From positions 1-50,872 of the forward strand of contig JAQTSY010000007.1 in assembly GCA_028711065.1 (NCBI GenBank): 50,872 bases of DNA, given 5' to 3'. Origin of the DNA: Minisyncoccota bacterium. Its GTDB lineage: Bacteria > Patescibacteriota > Minisyncoccia > Phycocordibacterales > JAQTLZ01. The notes beneath the pieces were generated by a model, which saw only the letters and a program-made list of their open reading frames with translations, was not told the origin of the DNA and did not search any database. Every line of letters begins with the position of its first letter. Positions within the stretch are counted from its first letter, which is position 1. This document shows, piece by piece, positions 17,899-27,362 of the stretch. The position numbers were made by a program, and so were the translations under genes.

Positions 17899-19005
17899 TT
17901 ATTTTTTAAAAAATTCAATGATCGTGTCCGTAACTTTTTCAATCTCCTCATCGGTCAATTTGCTTGAAGAGGGAAGCCAGAGCAGCTCTTCAGCTATCTT
18001 TTCTGTTGTCGGAAAACTTCCTTTATATCGGTATGCGGGCTCTGAATGAAGAGCAGGATACCCAGGCCGGCTTCCGATATCATGCTTTTTTAGAAACTCA
18101 ATGAGAGCTCCTCTTTTTTTATCTGAAACTAAAATATCCACAAACCACGGTACAGTATCTTCTAGATTTGTCTCAATAAGTGAAATGCCGGAGCATTTTT
18201 TTAATTTTTCTTGGTATAATCGGTATATCTCTTTCTTTCTGTTGATTCTCCAAGGTAATTTTTTCATTTGCTCGAGGCCCACCACTGCCTGGAGATCAGT
18301 AAATTTAAAATTCCATCCAACGCTCAAATAATGGTCGGATCCTCCCGACTCTCTCCCGAAATCTTTGATTAATTTGAGTTTTTTGTAGAGAGAAGCATCG
18401 TTTGTCACTAACGCTCCGCCTTGTCCGGTGCTGATAATTTTCGGTACACTGAAAGAAAAACTACCGATATCTCCAAATGTTCCCAGATGTTTTCCTCCTT
18501 TATATGAACCAAGTGATTGAGCGGCGTCTTCTATGAGCCAGATTTTCTTCTCTTTGCAGAATTGCACGATCTTTCCAAGGTGAGCGGGGTAGCGGCCGTT
18601 GAATGTTACGAGCATAATAGCCCTCGTCTTTTTCGTTACTTTGGGGAGAATTGTTTCAAGCGAGAGGCAAAGATTCTCCCTCTCCACATCAGCAAATACC
18701 ACCTCTGCGCCAGCGAGTTTCACTGCATTTGCTGTCGCTACCATTGTCATGTCCGGGACAATAACCTCGTCTTCTGGGCCAACTCCGCATGCGATAAGGG
18801 CCATCACAAGTGTGAGTGTGCCGTTGGGAGCAGTCAGACAATATTTTGATCCGACAAATTGCGCAATACTTTCTTCGAATTCTTTGGTTTTTTTAAATTC
18901 TGTTATCCATCCGCCCTCTTTTATATACGCTGATACTGCCTCCGCCTCCATATCATCAAACCACGGTTCTGTCTGCAGGATGGGTTTTGTGTTTTCCTTT
19001 TTCAT
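17899..19005 (-). CDS. DegT/DnrJ/EryC1/StrS aminotransferase (perosamine-synthase-like)
   Basis: NGTLTL, IEDAAQSLG, SFSFSVPKIISTGQGG, GWNFK, LWLPS. Confidence 0.92.
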   Translation of the reverse strand: MKKENTKPILQTEPWFDDMEAEAVSAYIKEGGWITEFKKTKEFEESIAQFVGSKYCLTAPNGTLTLVMALIACGVGPEDEVIVPDMTMVATANAVKLAGAEVVFADVERENLCLSLETILPKVTKKTRAIMLVTFNGRYPAHLGKIVQFCKEKKIWLIEDAAQSLGSYKGGKHLGTFGDIGSFSFSVPKIISTGQGGALVTNDASLYKKLKLIKDFGRESGGSDHYLSVGWNFKFTDLQAVVGLEQMKKLPWRINRKKEIYRLYQEKLKKCSGISLIETNLEDTVPWFVDILVSDKKRGALIEFLKKHDIGSRPGYPALHSEPAYRYKGSFPTTEKIAEELLWLPSSSKLTDEEIEKVTDTIIEFFKK

Positions 19006-19008
19006 TTT

Positions 19009-19389
19009 TCAGATGAGTATTTTATCTTCTACAAAAGGACCATTTTTTGCTTCTATCAGTTCTGCATTTTCAATGATTGTGATGGCGATACCTCCTTTCT
19101 GTAGAATAAAAAAATCTCCCGCTTTGAGTTCAATTTTTTTTACAAAAGTTTTATCTATCCAAAAGAGATCAAGCGCTACGCGGCCGCTTTTGACAAAAAG
19201 ACATTCTTGAAGACCCTGCGTTTCGCGTCTCTTTGGCTCGTGCATGTGAGCTTTCAGTACCGAACCCGCTTTGTGTTTTAGAGTCACGACTTGCAGAGCC
19301 TCTTTTCCATCTGTAAGCGGTTTTGAACCATCTGGAAGAGATGTAAGCAACACTCCTATACACTCACCATTATATTTTATTTGTTCCAT
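19009..19389 (-). CDS. Cupin-fold protein associated with sugar-nucleotide genes
   Basis: AHMH, QECLFVKSG, LKAGD, IEAKNGP. Confidence 0.6.
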   Translation of the reverse strand: MEQIKYNGECIGVLLTSLPDGSKPLTDGKEALQVVTLKHKAGSVLKAHMHEPKRRETQGLQECLFVKSGRVALDLFWIDKTFVKKIELKAGDFFILQKGGIAITIIENAELIEAKNGPFVEDKILI

Positions 19390-19391
19390 GT

Positions 19392-20465
19392 TTAAATTCG
19401 GGGTTTTTTACTCATCTTGAATTTTTTTCCTATCTCTTTTTCTTTCTCTGCGATTGCAAGATCGTGCTCCGTCATAATACGTGCGAGTTTTTTGAAATTA
19501 GTCTTCGGTTTCCAGCCGAGAATGGATCGTGCTTTGGATGAATCACCAAGAAGAAGGTCTACTTCGTTTGGCCTATAATAGATTGGGTCGATCTCGATAA
19601 TTACTTTCCCAGTTTTTTTATCAATCCCTTTCGTATCAAGGCCATTTCCTTTCCAGATAAGTTCCATTCCCAAATTTCGAGCAACCTCTTCCGCAAACTC
19701 TTTTACAGTATGAGTCTCTCCGGTCGAAATAACAAAGTCATCTGGTTTTTTCTGTTGAAGGATCAGCCATATCGCTTCGACGTAATCTTTTGAATATCCC
19801 CAATCCCTCTTCGCCTCTATGTTACCCAAACGCAATACCTTTTGAGTGCCGACTTTAATCCTCGCTAATCCGGTGGTAATCTTTCTGGTAACGAAGTTTA
19901 CGCCGCGGCGTTCCGATTCATGATTGAATAAGATGCCATTTGAAGCGAACATATTGTAACCGGTGCGAAAGTTTTTTGTAATATAGAAAGCAAAGGTTTT
20001 AGATGCTCCGTAAGGGGATTGGGGATTGAAAGGTGTTTTCTCATTTTGGGGAATCTCGAGAACTTTTCCAAACATCTCGGAAGAACTGGCTTGATAAAAT
20101 TTTGCTTTGCTGCAGAGATGTTTCATCGATTCTAGTATTCGAAGCGGACCGAGCGCATTCACATCGGCAGTGAATTCAGGCACATCAAAACTGATCCCAA
20201 CATGGCTCTGTGCGCCGAGATTGTAAATCTCGTCGGGTTTAATTTCAGTAATTATTTTATTGATGTTGGTTGTGTCGGAGAGATCGCCATAGAGGGTGAC
20301 GAAATTTTTTTGGCCAGAAATATCATAGAGATGATCGATTCGGGCAGTATTGGGAATGCTGGAACGTCTCTGGACGCCGTATACTTTATAACCCTTCTCG
20401 AGCAGAAGTTCTGTGAGAAAAGAGCCGTCCTGTCCTGTTACCCCAAAAATAAGAGCCTTTTTCAT
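19392..20465 (-). CDS. gmd: GDP-mannose 4,6-dehydratase (copy 2)
   Basis: [46 protein letters not shown]; start MKKAL at 20465. Confidence 0.95.
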   Translation of the reverse strand: MKKALIFGVTGQDGSFLTELLLEKGYKVYGVQRRSSIPNTARIDHLYDISGQKNFVTLYGDLSDTTNINKIITEIKPDEIYNLGAQSHVGISFDVPEFTADVNALGPLRILESMKHLCSKAKFYQASSSEMFGKVLEIPQNEKTPFNPQSPYGASKTFAFYITKNFRTGYNMFASNGILFNHESERRGVNFVTRKITTGLARIKVGTQKVLRLGNIEAKRDWGYSKDYVEAIWLILQQKKPDDFVISTGETHTVKEFAEEVARNLGMELIWKGNGLDTKGIDKKTGKVIIEIDPIYYRPNEVDLLLGDSSKARSILGWKPKTNFKKLARIMTEHDLAIAEKEKEIGKKFKMSKKPRI

Positions 20466-20495
20466 GGTCCGGTTATTATATCTCATACATCATAA

Positions 20496-21767
20496 TTAAT
20501 AAGAGCTCCATTCAGGATTGCTATTGATAACACCCCAGCCCCCTGTGTACGAAGGAGTGTCTTTATATGAATCTGCCCCAACAAAAAATGCCTTGATTTT
20601 CATGATTTCTAAAAGTTTTTGATCATGTCTTGTCGCTGAAACGGTAATCCAGTATTGCCCCGGTACAAGAGTGCAGTCCGCGATTCGTGCTTTAACGCGT
20701 AGCGCTGAAGTGGGGTTGAGATCAAAAAGTTTTTTGCTCGCACCACTTGTGGGGCTCGTAATAGGATGCCCGTCTTCCGATTCTATCCTTACTCCAATGG
20801 AAATATTTTTCAGAGTGTCTCGAGATGAGATAGCGACTTCTACAGAAAATGGTTCTCCAAATAAAAGATCCGACGTCGGTCGATTTTCTGAGTTTATGAT
20901 AGAAACTTCTTGTATCGACAATCCATTCGCTTCTTTTGCTTCTTCTTTTCCTGCGGAAACATCGCTTCGTCCCTGCTCTCCTCTTACAAGTTTGATATAA
21001 GTTTCAATTGCTTCTTCGGTATTGCCGTCAAATTGAATCTTTCCTTTATCCAGTACGATGCATCGGCTGCAGAGCTCTCGGATAATTGATGTATTATGGC
21101 TGACAAAGAGGATAGTCCTGCCTTGTTTTTTTGTTATTTCATCCATTTTCCCTAAGCATTTCTTTTGGAATTCTGCATCTCCAACAGCAAGCACTTCGTC
21201 AATGATTAATATGTCTGGTTCCATATGTGCAGCTACAGAAAATGCCAGACGAACATACATTCCACTTGAGTAGAATTTGACTGGTGTATCGAGGAATTTT
21301 TCTATGCCAGCAAAAGTTACGATGTCGTCAAATTTTTTGACGATCTCTTTTTTTGTCATTCCTAAAATCGCACCATTGAGGAAAATATTTTCTCGTCCAG
21401 AAAGTTCCGGATGAAATCCAGTACCAACTTCAAGGAGTGATCCCACTCGTCCTTCTATCCGAATCTCTCCTTCCGTGGGCGGAGTGATTTGAGAAAGTAT
21501 TTTCAAGATGGTGGATTTACCCGCACCATTCTTGCCTATGATGCCTATAACTTCGCCCCTTCTTACTTCGAAATGTATATTTCGAAGTGCCCAAAATTCC
21601 TCTTTCTTTGAAATCCCAACCACCTCCTTCGCTTTTTGAGTGAAGAATTTTAGTGGAGTCCTGAATATATTTGTCAGCACATCTCGCAAGGCAACGTATC
21701 CCCCTTGTTCGTGAGTGATAATATACTTCTTTCCTATATTCTTTACTGCTATAACTGTTTCTTTCAT
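20496..21767 (-). CDS. wzt: Polysaccharide ABC transporter ATP-binding subunit with Wzt C-terminal domain
   Basis: GKNGAGKST, LEVGTGFHPELSGRENI, YSSGM, DEVLAVGD; start MKETV at 21767. Confidence 0.92.
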   Translation of the reverse strand: MKETVIAVKNIGKKYIITHEQGGYVALRDVLTNIFRTPLKFFTQKAKEVVGISKKEEFWALRNIHFEVRRGEVIGIIGKNGAGKSTILKILSQITPPTEGEIRIEGRVGSLLEVGTGFHPELSGRENIFLNGAILGMTKKEIVKKFDDIVTFAGIEKFLDTPVKFYSSGMYVRLAFSVAAHMEPDILIIDEVLAVGDAEFQKKCLGKMDEITKKQGRTILFVSHNTSIIRELCSRCIVLDKGKIQFDGNTEEAIETYIKLVRGEQGRSDVSAGKEEAKEANGLSIQEVSIINSENRPTSDLLFGEPFSVEVAISSRDTLKNISIGVRIESEDGHPITSPTSGASKKLFDLNPTSALRVKARIADCTLVPGQYWITVSATRHDQKLLEIMKIKAFFVGADSYKDTPSYTGGWGVINSNPEWSSY

Positions 21768-21772
21768 GACAT

Positions 21773-22594
21773 TTAGATGATATCTGCGAAATATTTTTCT
21801 GTTTTTTTGAAATAGATAAGTCCGATAAGAAGGGTGAAAAGACATGCGATACCAGATATGAGCAAAAGAAGCCAATTGATCGGTATGTTTCCAAGGAGAG
21901 CGGCTCGCGCCGCTTTTATGATTCCAGTCAACGGATTAAGCGCCATTATCCAAGCATATTTCCCTGCGATGCTCGGTGGATATATTACTGGCGTAATGAA
22001 GAGGAGTATCTGTATGAAAAAAGGCAAGACATACCGAACGTCTCGATACTTTACGTTTACTGCAGCGAGGAAAAGTCCGATTCCTGTTGACACTGCGAAT
22101 GTCATGACAAGAAGAAGGGGTAAGATAAGTAGCCCGTAGAGATGGGGGACAAAATGATAGTAGATCATGAGCCCGACGAGGATGAGTGTTGCAATAAAGA
22201 AATCGATGATTTTTGTAGCCACTGTTGAAATCGGCAGGATGAGTCTCGGAAAATATATCTTTGTCAGGATGCTTTGATTTGTGACGAGGGAGTTGCTTGC
22301 ATCAGAAAGTGCTGTGGAAAAAAATTGCCAAATAAGCAGACCGATAAAGACAAAGATGGGGTAGGGAACTCCATCTGACGGGATTTTTGCCAGTCCTCCA
22401 AAAAAGATTGTAAAGACCAGCATTGTTATGAGAGGTTGAAAAATTGCCCAAGCGATTCCAATTGCGGTCTGTTTATAACGAACCTTCAGATCTCGCCATG
22501 CGAAAAAGTACAGAAGTTCTTTGTAGCGCCAAAGTTCACGGATGTCATTCCAGCTGAAAGTTTTTTTCGGTTTTATAGTTGTGACAGATGTCAT
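21773..22594 (-). CDS. wzm: Polysaccharide ABC transporter permease
   Basis: RDLKVRYKQT, KIYFPR, YRDVRY, TPVIYP, NPL. Confidence 0.92.
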   Translation of the reverse strand: MTSVTTIKPKKTFSWNDIRELWRYKELLYFFAWRDLKVRYKQTAIGIAWAIFQPLITMLVFTIFFGGLAKIPSDGVPYPIFVFIGLLIWQFFSTALSDASNSLVTNQSILTKIYFPRLILPISTVATKIIDFFIATLILVGLMIYYHFVPHLYGLLILPLLLVMTFAVSTGIGLFLAAVNVKYRDVRYVLPFFIQILLFITPVIYPPSIAGKYAWIMALNPLTGIIKAARAALLGNIPINWLLLLISGIACLFTLLIGLIYFKKTEKYFADII

Positions 22595-22600
22595 AAATCT

Positions 22601-22846
22601 CTACCATTTACCAATTTTATCGGTAACTTTTTTCTTAAGTGACAGGTACGAACGAACAGCCTTTTCTTCGGCTTCGGGGGAGATCAGTCGTATGATTTCT
22701 TTTCCTAAAATTCGATATTGACCGCCCACTTTATTTGCGCGAATGAGACCTTTCTTGAGGAGTCTCTTCATTGTGCTTGTGCTTACGCGCAAGACTTTCT
22801 CCGTTTCTGCGGTTGTATAGACAGCATGAGGCTTTATTTCTTCCAT
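22601..22846 (-). CDS. HTH_17 (Xis/BldC-like) DNA-binding protein
   Basis: YTTAETEKVLRVSTSTMKRLLKKGLIRANKVGGQYRI. Confidence 0.85.
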   Translation of the reverse strand: MEEIKPHAVYTTAETEKVLRVSTSTMKRLLKKGLIRANKVGGQYRILGKEIIRLISPEAEEKAVRSYLSLKKKVTDKIGKW

Positions 22847-22852
22847 GCTTCT

Positions 22853-22880
22853 ATTGTATCAAAGTGTCAAAAAGTGTCAA
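22853..22880 (-). promoter_or_regulatory. Promoter TTGACA-16-TACAAT containing a 10-bp tandem repeat
   Basis: Plus strand AAAGTGTCAA x2 (22861-22880); ATG 6 nt after the -10. Confidence 0.72.
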
Positions 22881-22885
22881 AAGGT

Positions 22886-23815
22886 TCACTTCATATTTTT
22901 GAGATACCAAACATATGTTTTTTTTATGCCCTCTTCCGGTGATATCTTATGTTTCCAGCCGAGCGTATGGATCCGGCTTACATCAAGAATTTTTTGCGGT
23001 GTCCCATCGGGTATGCTCTCATCCCATTTAATGTCGCCCTTAAATCCGACCTCTTTTTTAATAAGTTCCGCAAGTTCTTCTATTCGGATATCTTCTCCTG
23101 TACCTATATTTATCGCTTCTTTCCCGTCGTATACATCCATGAGGAAGACACAGGCTGAAGCAAGATCATCGACAAAAAGGAATTCTCGTCTTGGCGTGCC
23201 TGTTCCCCAGAGTGTAACCGACTTTATCCCTGCTTGCTTTGCGTCATGGAATTTTTTTATGAGAGCGGGGATGACGTGCGCCGTTTCAGGATCAAAATTA
23301 TCATGAGTTCCGTAAATATTTGTTGGCATTGCCGAAATGAAGTTTGTCCCGTATTGTCGATTATATGATTCGCACATCACGATACCGGCAATTTTTGCAA
23401 TCGCATATGGTTTATTTGTTTCTTCGAGAAGTCCGGTAAGAAGACTTTCCTCTTTTATTGGCTGTGAGGCGAGTTTTGGGTAGATGCATGAACTGCCAAG
23501 GAAGAGAAGTTTTTTCACTTTTGAGCGGTAGCTCTCATGAATAACATTACTTTCTATCATGAGGTTTTGATAGATGAAATCGGCAGGATATGTTTGATTT
23601 GCCATAATTCCTCCGACTTTCGCTGCCGCCAGAAACACAAATTCCGGCTTTTCTTTTTGAAAAAAATCCGAAACCGCCAGTCTGTCCATTAAGTCGAGTT
23701 CCTTGTGCTGTTTTAAAATGAGATTTGTGTATCCCTGAGCTTCTAGTTCGCGCGTTATTGCGCTTCCGACAAGACCGGTATGTCCTGCTACAAATATTTT
23801 AGATTTTTTATCCAT
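22886..23815 (-). CDS. fcl: GDP-L-fucose synthase
   Basis: [47 protein letters not shown]; start MDKK at 23815. Confidence 0.95.
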   Translation of the reverse strand: MDKKSKIFVAGHTGLVGSAITRELEAQGYTNLILKQHKELDLMDRLAVSDFFQKEKPEFVFLAAAKVGGIMANQTYPADFIYQNLMIESNVIHESYRSKVKKLLFLGSSCIYPKLASQPIKEESLLTGLLEETNKPYAIAKIAGIVMCESYNRQYGTNFISAMPTNIYGTHDNFDPETAHVIPALIKKFHDAKQAGIKSVTLWGTGTPRREFLFVDDLASACVFLMDVYDGKEAINIGTGEDIRIEELAELIKKEVGFKGDIKWDESIPDGTPQKILDVSRIHTLGWKHKISPEEGIKKTYVWYLKNMK

Positions 23816-23819
23816 ATGT

Positions 23820-24854
23820 CTATTTTCCTTCTGCGAGTTTAAGATCTGCATCAACCATGATTTTTACGAGAGTTTTAAATCCGACTTCTGGTTTCCAGCC
23901 GAATGCTTTGTATGCTTTTGTCGCATCTCCAAGGAGCACGTCCACCTCTGCTGGACGGAAATAGCGCGGATCTATCTCGATAATTGTTTTTCCTGTCTTT
24001 TTATCCACACCTTTTTCTTCAAGACCTTTTCCATACCACTCAATTTCAAAGCCGAGGAGCTTCGCAGATTCTTCAACAAACTCTCTTACGCTGTGTGCCT
24101 CTCCTGTGGCGAGAAGAAAATCATCCGGTTTTTCTTCTTGAAGCATTTGCCACATTCCGTAGACAAAATCTTTTGCGTAGCCCCAGTCTCTTTTAGCGTC
24201 AAGATTTCCAAGAAAAAGTTTTTCATCTTTTCCGACTTTAATTCTCGAAAGTCCGCGAGTGATTTTTCTGGTCACGAATGTCTCTCCTCGGCGAGGGGAT
24301 TCGTGATTAAAAAGAATTCCATTGCAGGCGAAAAGTCCATAGCTTTCTCGATAGTTTTTGGTGATCCAGTATGCGTACACTTTTGCGCATCCGTACGGAG
24401 AGCGCGGATAGAAGGGCGTGGTCTCCTTAAGAGGGAGTTCAACTGCCTTTCCAAACATTTCGCTTGATGAAGCTTGATAAAACTTTGTTTTGATTCCAGT
24501 ATCTCGAATAGCATCGAGAATGCGAAGCGTTCCCAAACCATCGATGTCGCCCGTGTATTCCGGAATATCAAAACTGACCCGGACGTGGCTTTGCGCTCCA
24601 AGGTTGTAAATTTCATCCGGCTTTACTTTTTCTAGTATTCTATTTAAATTACTGTCGTCGCCGAGGTCTCCGTAGTGGAGAAGCAATCTCACTCCTCGTA
24701 TGTGCGGGTCTTGATAGAGATGTTCAATTCGTTCTGTATTGAAAGTGCTTGCGCGTCTTATAATTCCATGGACTTCGTATCCCTTTTCGAGAAGTAGTTC
24801 CGCGAGGTATGAACCATCCTGACCTGTGATTCCTGTAATAAGAGCGCGTTTCAT
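23820..24854 (-). CDS. gmd: GDP-mannose 4,6-dehydratase (copy 1)
   Basis: [48 protein letters not shown]. Confidence 0.96.
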   Translation of the reverse strand: MKRALITGITGQDGSYLAELLLEKGYEVHGIIRRASTFNTERIEHLYQDPHIRGVRLLLHYGDLGDDSNLNRILEKVKPDEIYNLGAQSHVRVSFDIPEYTGDIDGLGTLRILDAIRDTGIKTKFYQASSSEMFGKAVELPLKETTPFYPRSPYGCAKVYAYWITKNYRESYGLFACNGILFNHESPRRGETFVTRKITRGLSRIKVGKDEKLFLGNLDAKRDWGYAKDFVYGMWQMLQEEKPDDFLLATGEAHSVREFVEESAKLLGFEIEWYGKGLEEKGVDKKTGKTIIEIDPRYFRPAEVDVLLGDATKAYKAFGWKPEVGFKTLVKIMVDADLKLAEGK

Positions 24855-24871
24855 AGAGTGCTTGTCGCTCC

Positions 24872-24900
24872 ATCGTATCCCGCTCTTTTTTCGATGTCAA
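24872..24900 (-). promoter_or_regulatory. Main promoter of glycan operon
   Basis: TTGACA-17-TACGAT, 17 nt before gmd ATG. Confidence 0.72.
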
Positions 24901-24950
24901 TCAATTTCTTCGGTTTTTTTGAAATTGAAGCCTGTGCTATAGTAGCTTTC

Positions 24951-27074
24951 ATGGAAACAAACAAAATTCTTCATCGAAGCATCCTAGTCGGCATTTTTGC
25001 ACTTCTTCTCATACCTTTTTTGGTTTTCAATTCTATGTTTTTTCCGTTTATCACAGGAAAAAACTTCGTCTTTCGCATTATTGTTGAGATAATTTTTTGT
25101 CTTTGGATTATTCTTATTTCTCGCGACAAAAGTTTTTTGCCTAAACGTTCAACACTTTTCTACGCTTTTACGGCATTTATCGTCGCAATCACTCTTGCGG
25201 ATTTTCTCGGAGTTGATCCGTATAGAAGTTTTTGGAGTGATTTCGAACGGATGGAGGGGCTTATTGCCCATCTTCATTTTTTCGCACTCTTTTTGGTCGC
25301 GGGTTCTGTATTCAATACTAAAAAATTGTGGACATATTTTTTCAATTCTGCGCTCGTGGTCAGTGTCGTGATGGCTTTCTATGGAATCTTTCAGCTTGCT
25401 GGCGTGTTCGAAATCCATCAAGGCAGTTCGCGTATCGATGGTCCGATTGGGAATTCCGCATATCTGGCCATCTATATGCTTTTCCATGTTTTCCTTGCGC
25501 TTTTTCTGCTTTTGCGTTCACGAGAGAGGCGAATGCAGATTGTGTATGGGGGAGTCGCGCTTCTCAATACTATAATTGTCTATTATACAGCTACTCGAGG
25601 GTCTATTTTGGGCCTCATTGGAGGTCTTTTCTTAACAGCTATTCTTATCGCAATTTTTGAAAAAGAAAGGCCGATATTAAAAAAGGTTTCAACTGGCGTG
25701 ATCGTAGCTATTGTTGCAGTTATTGTTCTCTTCTTTGCTTTGAGGAATCAGCCTTTTGTGAGAAATAGTCTTGTCCTCAATCGTTTCGCGACAATTTCTT
25801 GGACGGAGCAGACCACCGAATCTCGATTTTTGATTTGGAAGATGGCATATCAAGGTTGGAAAGAGCGCCCACTTTTCGGCTGGGGGCAAGATAATTTTAT
25901 TCTTGTTTTCCAAAAATATTATGATCCGAAAATGTGGAACCAAGAACCTTGGTTTGATCGGACTCATAATGTCGTCTTGGATTGGCTTATTGCAGGCGGA
26001 GCTTTTGGGTTTCTCACCTATATTTCTCTCTTTGTCGCATCTCTCTTCTGTATTTGGAAGAAGAAAACGATACTCTCTTTGGCTGATAAGGCCGTGCTGA
26101 CTGGGCTACTTGCTGCTTATTTCTGTCACAATCTTTTTGTGTTCGACAATCTCACGAGCTATCTTCTTTTTGTGTTTGTTTTGGCGTATTTCCATTTTCT
26201 TAGTCTGCAAGGGTCAGAAAACGCCGATGAGATTCAGACAAAATTTGGAGAAGGTCTGTCTCCCAATGTGCAATCAATTTTAATTCCGATTACGATTATC
26301 GCTCTGCCTATCTTGGTTTATTTTGCTAATGTGCCCCAAATACTTGCCAACACCTCTCTCATCAGAGCTATTTCCTATGAGAACGCTGATATTTCGAAGA
26401 GTCTCGATGCTTTTAAAGAATCAATTTCCTACAACACTTTCGGGAAACCGGAAACCCGCACTCAACTTTTAGAGAGTTCTTCTGCTGTCGCTGCGTCTAA
26501 TAGTCCGACTCCGCTCAAGCAGAGTTATCTCTCGTTTATCAAGAGTGAAATGGAAACACAGATACAAGAGGAGCCTCTTGATGCCCGCTATCCATATTTT
26601 CTCGGACAATTTTTAGATCATTTTGGATTACCGGCTTTGGCTCAAAAGAATTTTATGAAGGCTCTCTCTCTTTCTCCCAAAAAGCAGGATATCGTGATAG
26701 CCCTTGCGGTAAGTCTTTATAATGCCGGAGAGAAGGACAAAGCTTTTCTCACGATGAAACAAGCATTTGATCTTGATCCAGATAATGAAACTGCTCGACT
26801 TATTTATGCAACCCTAGCAATCTACTCGAGTAAAGACGACATCGTCAAAGATCTTATTCTCAATAAATACCACACCTATCTTGTCCCGGATGATAGGATC
26901 ATGACCGCATATATAAAGACTGGCCAGCTTAAGAAATATGTTGCTCTCGATACTGCATTTTTGACAGGGCAGATGAAAGCGGGATCTTTGAGTCAAGATG
27001 AGCTTCAAGCTATAAACACTGCACACCAAGAGTTCCAGAAGAAGATGGACGCCTACTCAAAGTCGAATCAATAA
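24951..27074 (+). CDS. O-antigen ligase (Wzy_C) family protein with TPR-like C-terminus
   Basis: Many TMs, RIDGPIGNSAYL, TATRG, RPLFGWG, WFDRTHN; start METNK at 24951 after TG-C-TATAGT. Confidence 0.87.
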   Translation: METNKILHRSILVGIFALLLIPFLVFNSMFFPFITGKNFVFRIIVEIIFCLWIILISRDKSFLPKRSTLFYAFTAFIVAITLADFLGVDPYRSFWSDFERMEGLIAHLHFFALFLVAGSVFNTKKLWTYFFNSALVVSVVMAFYGIFQLAGVFEIHQGSSRIDGPIGNSAYLAIYMLFHVFLALFLLLRSRERRMQIVYGGVALLNTIIVYYTATRGSILGLIGGLFLTAILIAIFEKERPILKKVSTGVIVAIVAVIVLFFALRNQPFVRNSLVLNRFATISWTEQTTESRFLIWKMAYQGWKERPLFGWGQDNFILVFQKYYDPKMWNQEPWFDRTHNVVLDWLIAGGAFGFLTYISLFVASLFCIWKKKTILSLADKAVLTGLLAAYFCHNLFVFDNLTSYLLFVFVLAYFHFLSLQGSENADEIQTKFGEGLSPNVQSILIPITIIALPILVYFANVPQILANTSLIRAISYENADISKSLDAFKESISYNTFGKPETRTQLLESSSAVAASNSPTPLKQSYLSFIKSEMETQIQEEPLDARYPYFLGQFLDHFGLPALAQKNFMKALSLSPKKQDIVIALAVSLYNAGEKDKAFLTMKQAFDLDPDNETARLIYATLAIYSSKDDIVKDLILNKYHTYLVPDDRIMTAYIKTGQLKKYVALDTAFLTGQMKAGSLSQDELQAINTAHQEFQKKMDAYSKSNQ

Positions 27075-27111
27075 ATTTCCTTGAGTGCTATTAGGGGCAA
27101 AAAGCAAACGC

Positions 27112-27178
27112 AAAACCCCTCCGAGGAGGGGGCTCACGTAGACATTCTTTTTGGGAACTAACTTTCGTTAACTCACAC
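27112..27178 (-). ncRNA. Candidate small RNA A (~67 nt)
   Basis: Promoter TTGACT-17-TACCAT with TG (27185-27213); GAAA-capped hairpin; terminal CCCCTC-CTCG-GAGGGG-TTTT; only a 3-codon ORF. Confidence 0.55.
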
Positions 27179-27252
27179 AACTGCATGGTAGCAAGAATTG
27201 GCTTAAAAGTCAAGTTTTTGTCGAATGCTGGCCAGAGTATATAATAAGAGTA

Positions 27253-27342
27253 TATTGTTTCGATATATAGTCGGCGGCTCTGCACTCACATATAAGACAT
27301 TATTTTGGAGCTAGCATCCGCCGACTATGTATCGACGCAATA
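27253..27342 (+). ncRNA. Candidate small RNA B / long stem-loop (strand uncertain)
   Basis: ~25-bp stem (27253-27277 with 27318-27342) around a 40-nt loop; TTGTCG-16-TATAAT (27218-27245) directly upstream. Confidence 0.5.
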
Positions 27343-27362
27343 ATTTAGCGCTAAGTGTCGCA

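Noticed and set aside
27093-27135. c-di-GMP-I riboswitch (GGCAAA..ACGCAAAAC)
   Set aside because: No P2 stem or GNRA loop between the motifs.
27253-27342. SRP (4.5S) or 6S RNA identity for the long hairpin
   Set aside because: Lacks the SRP CAGG/GRAA/AGCA apical motif on either strand; too short and lacks the central bubble of 6S. A covariance search is still needed.
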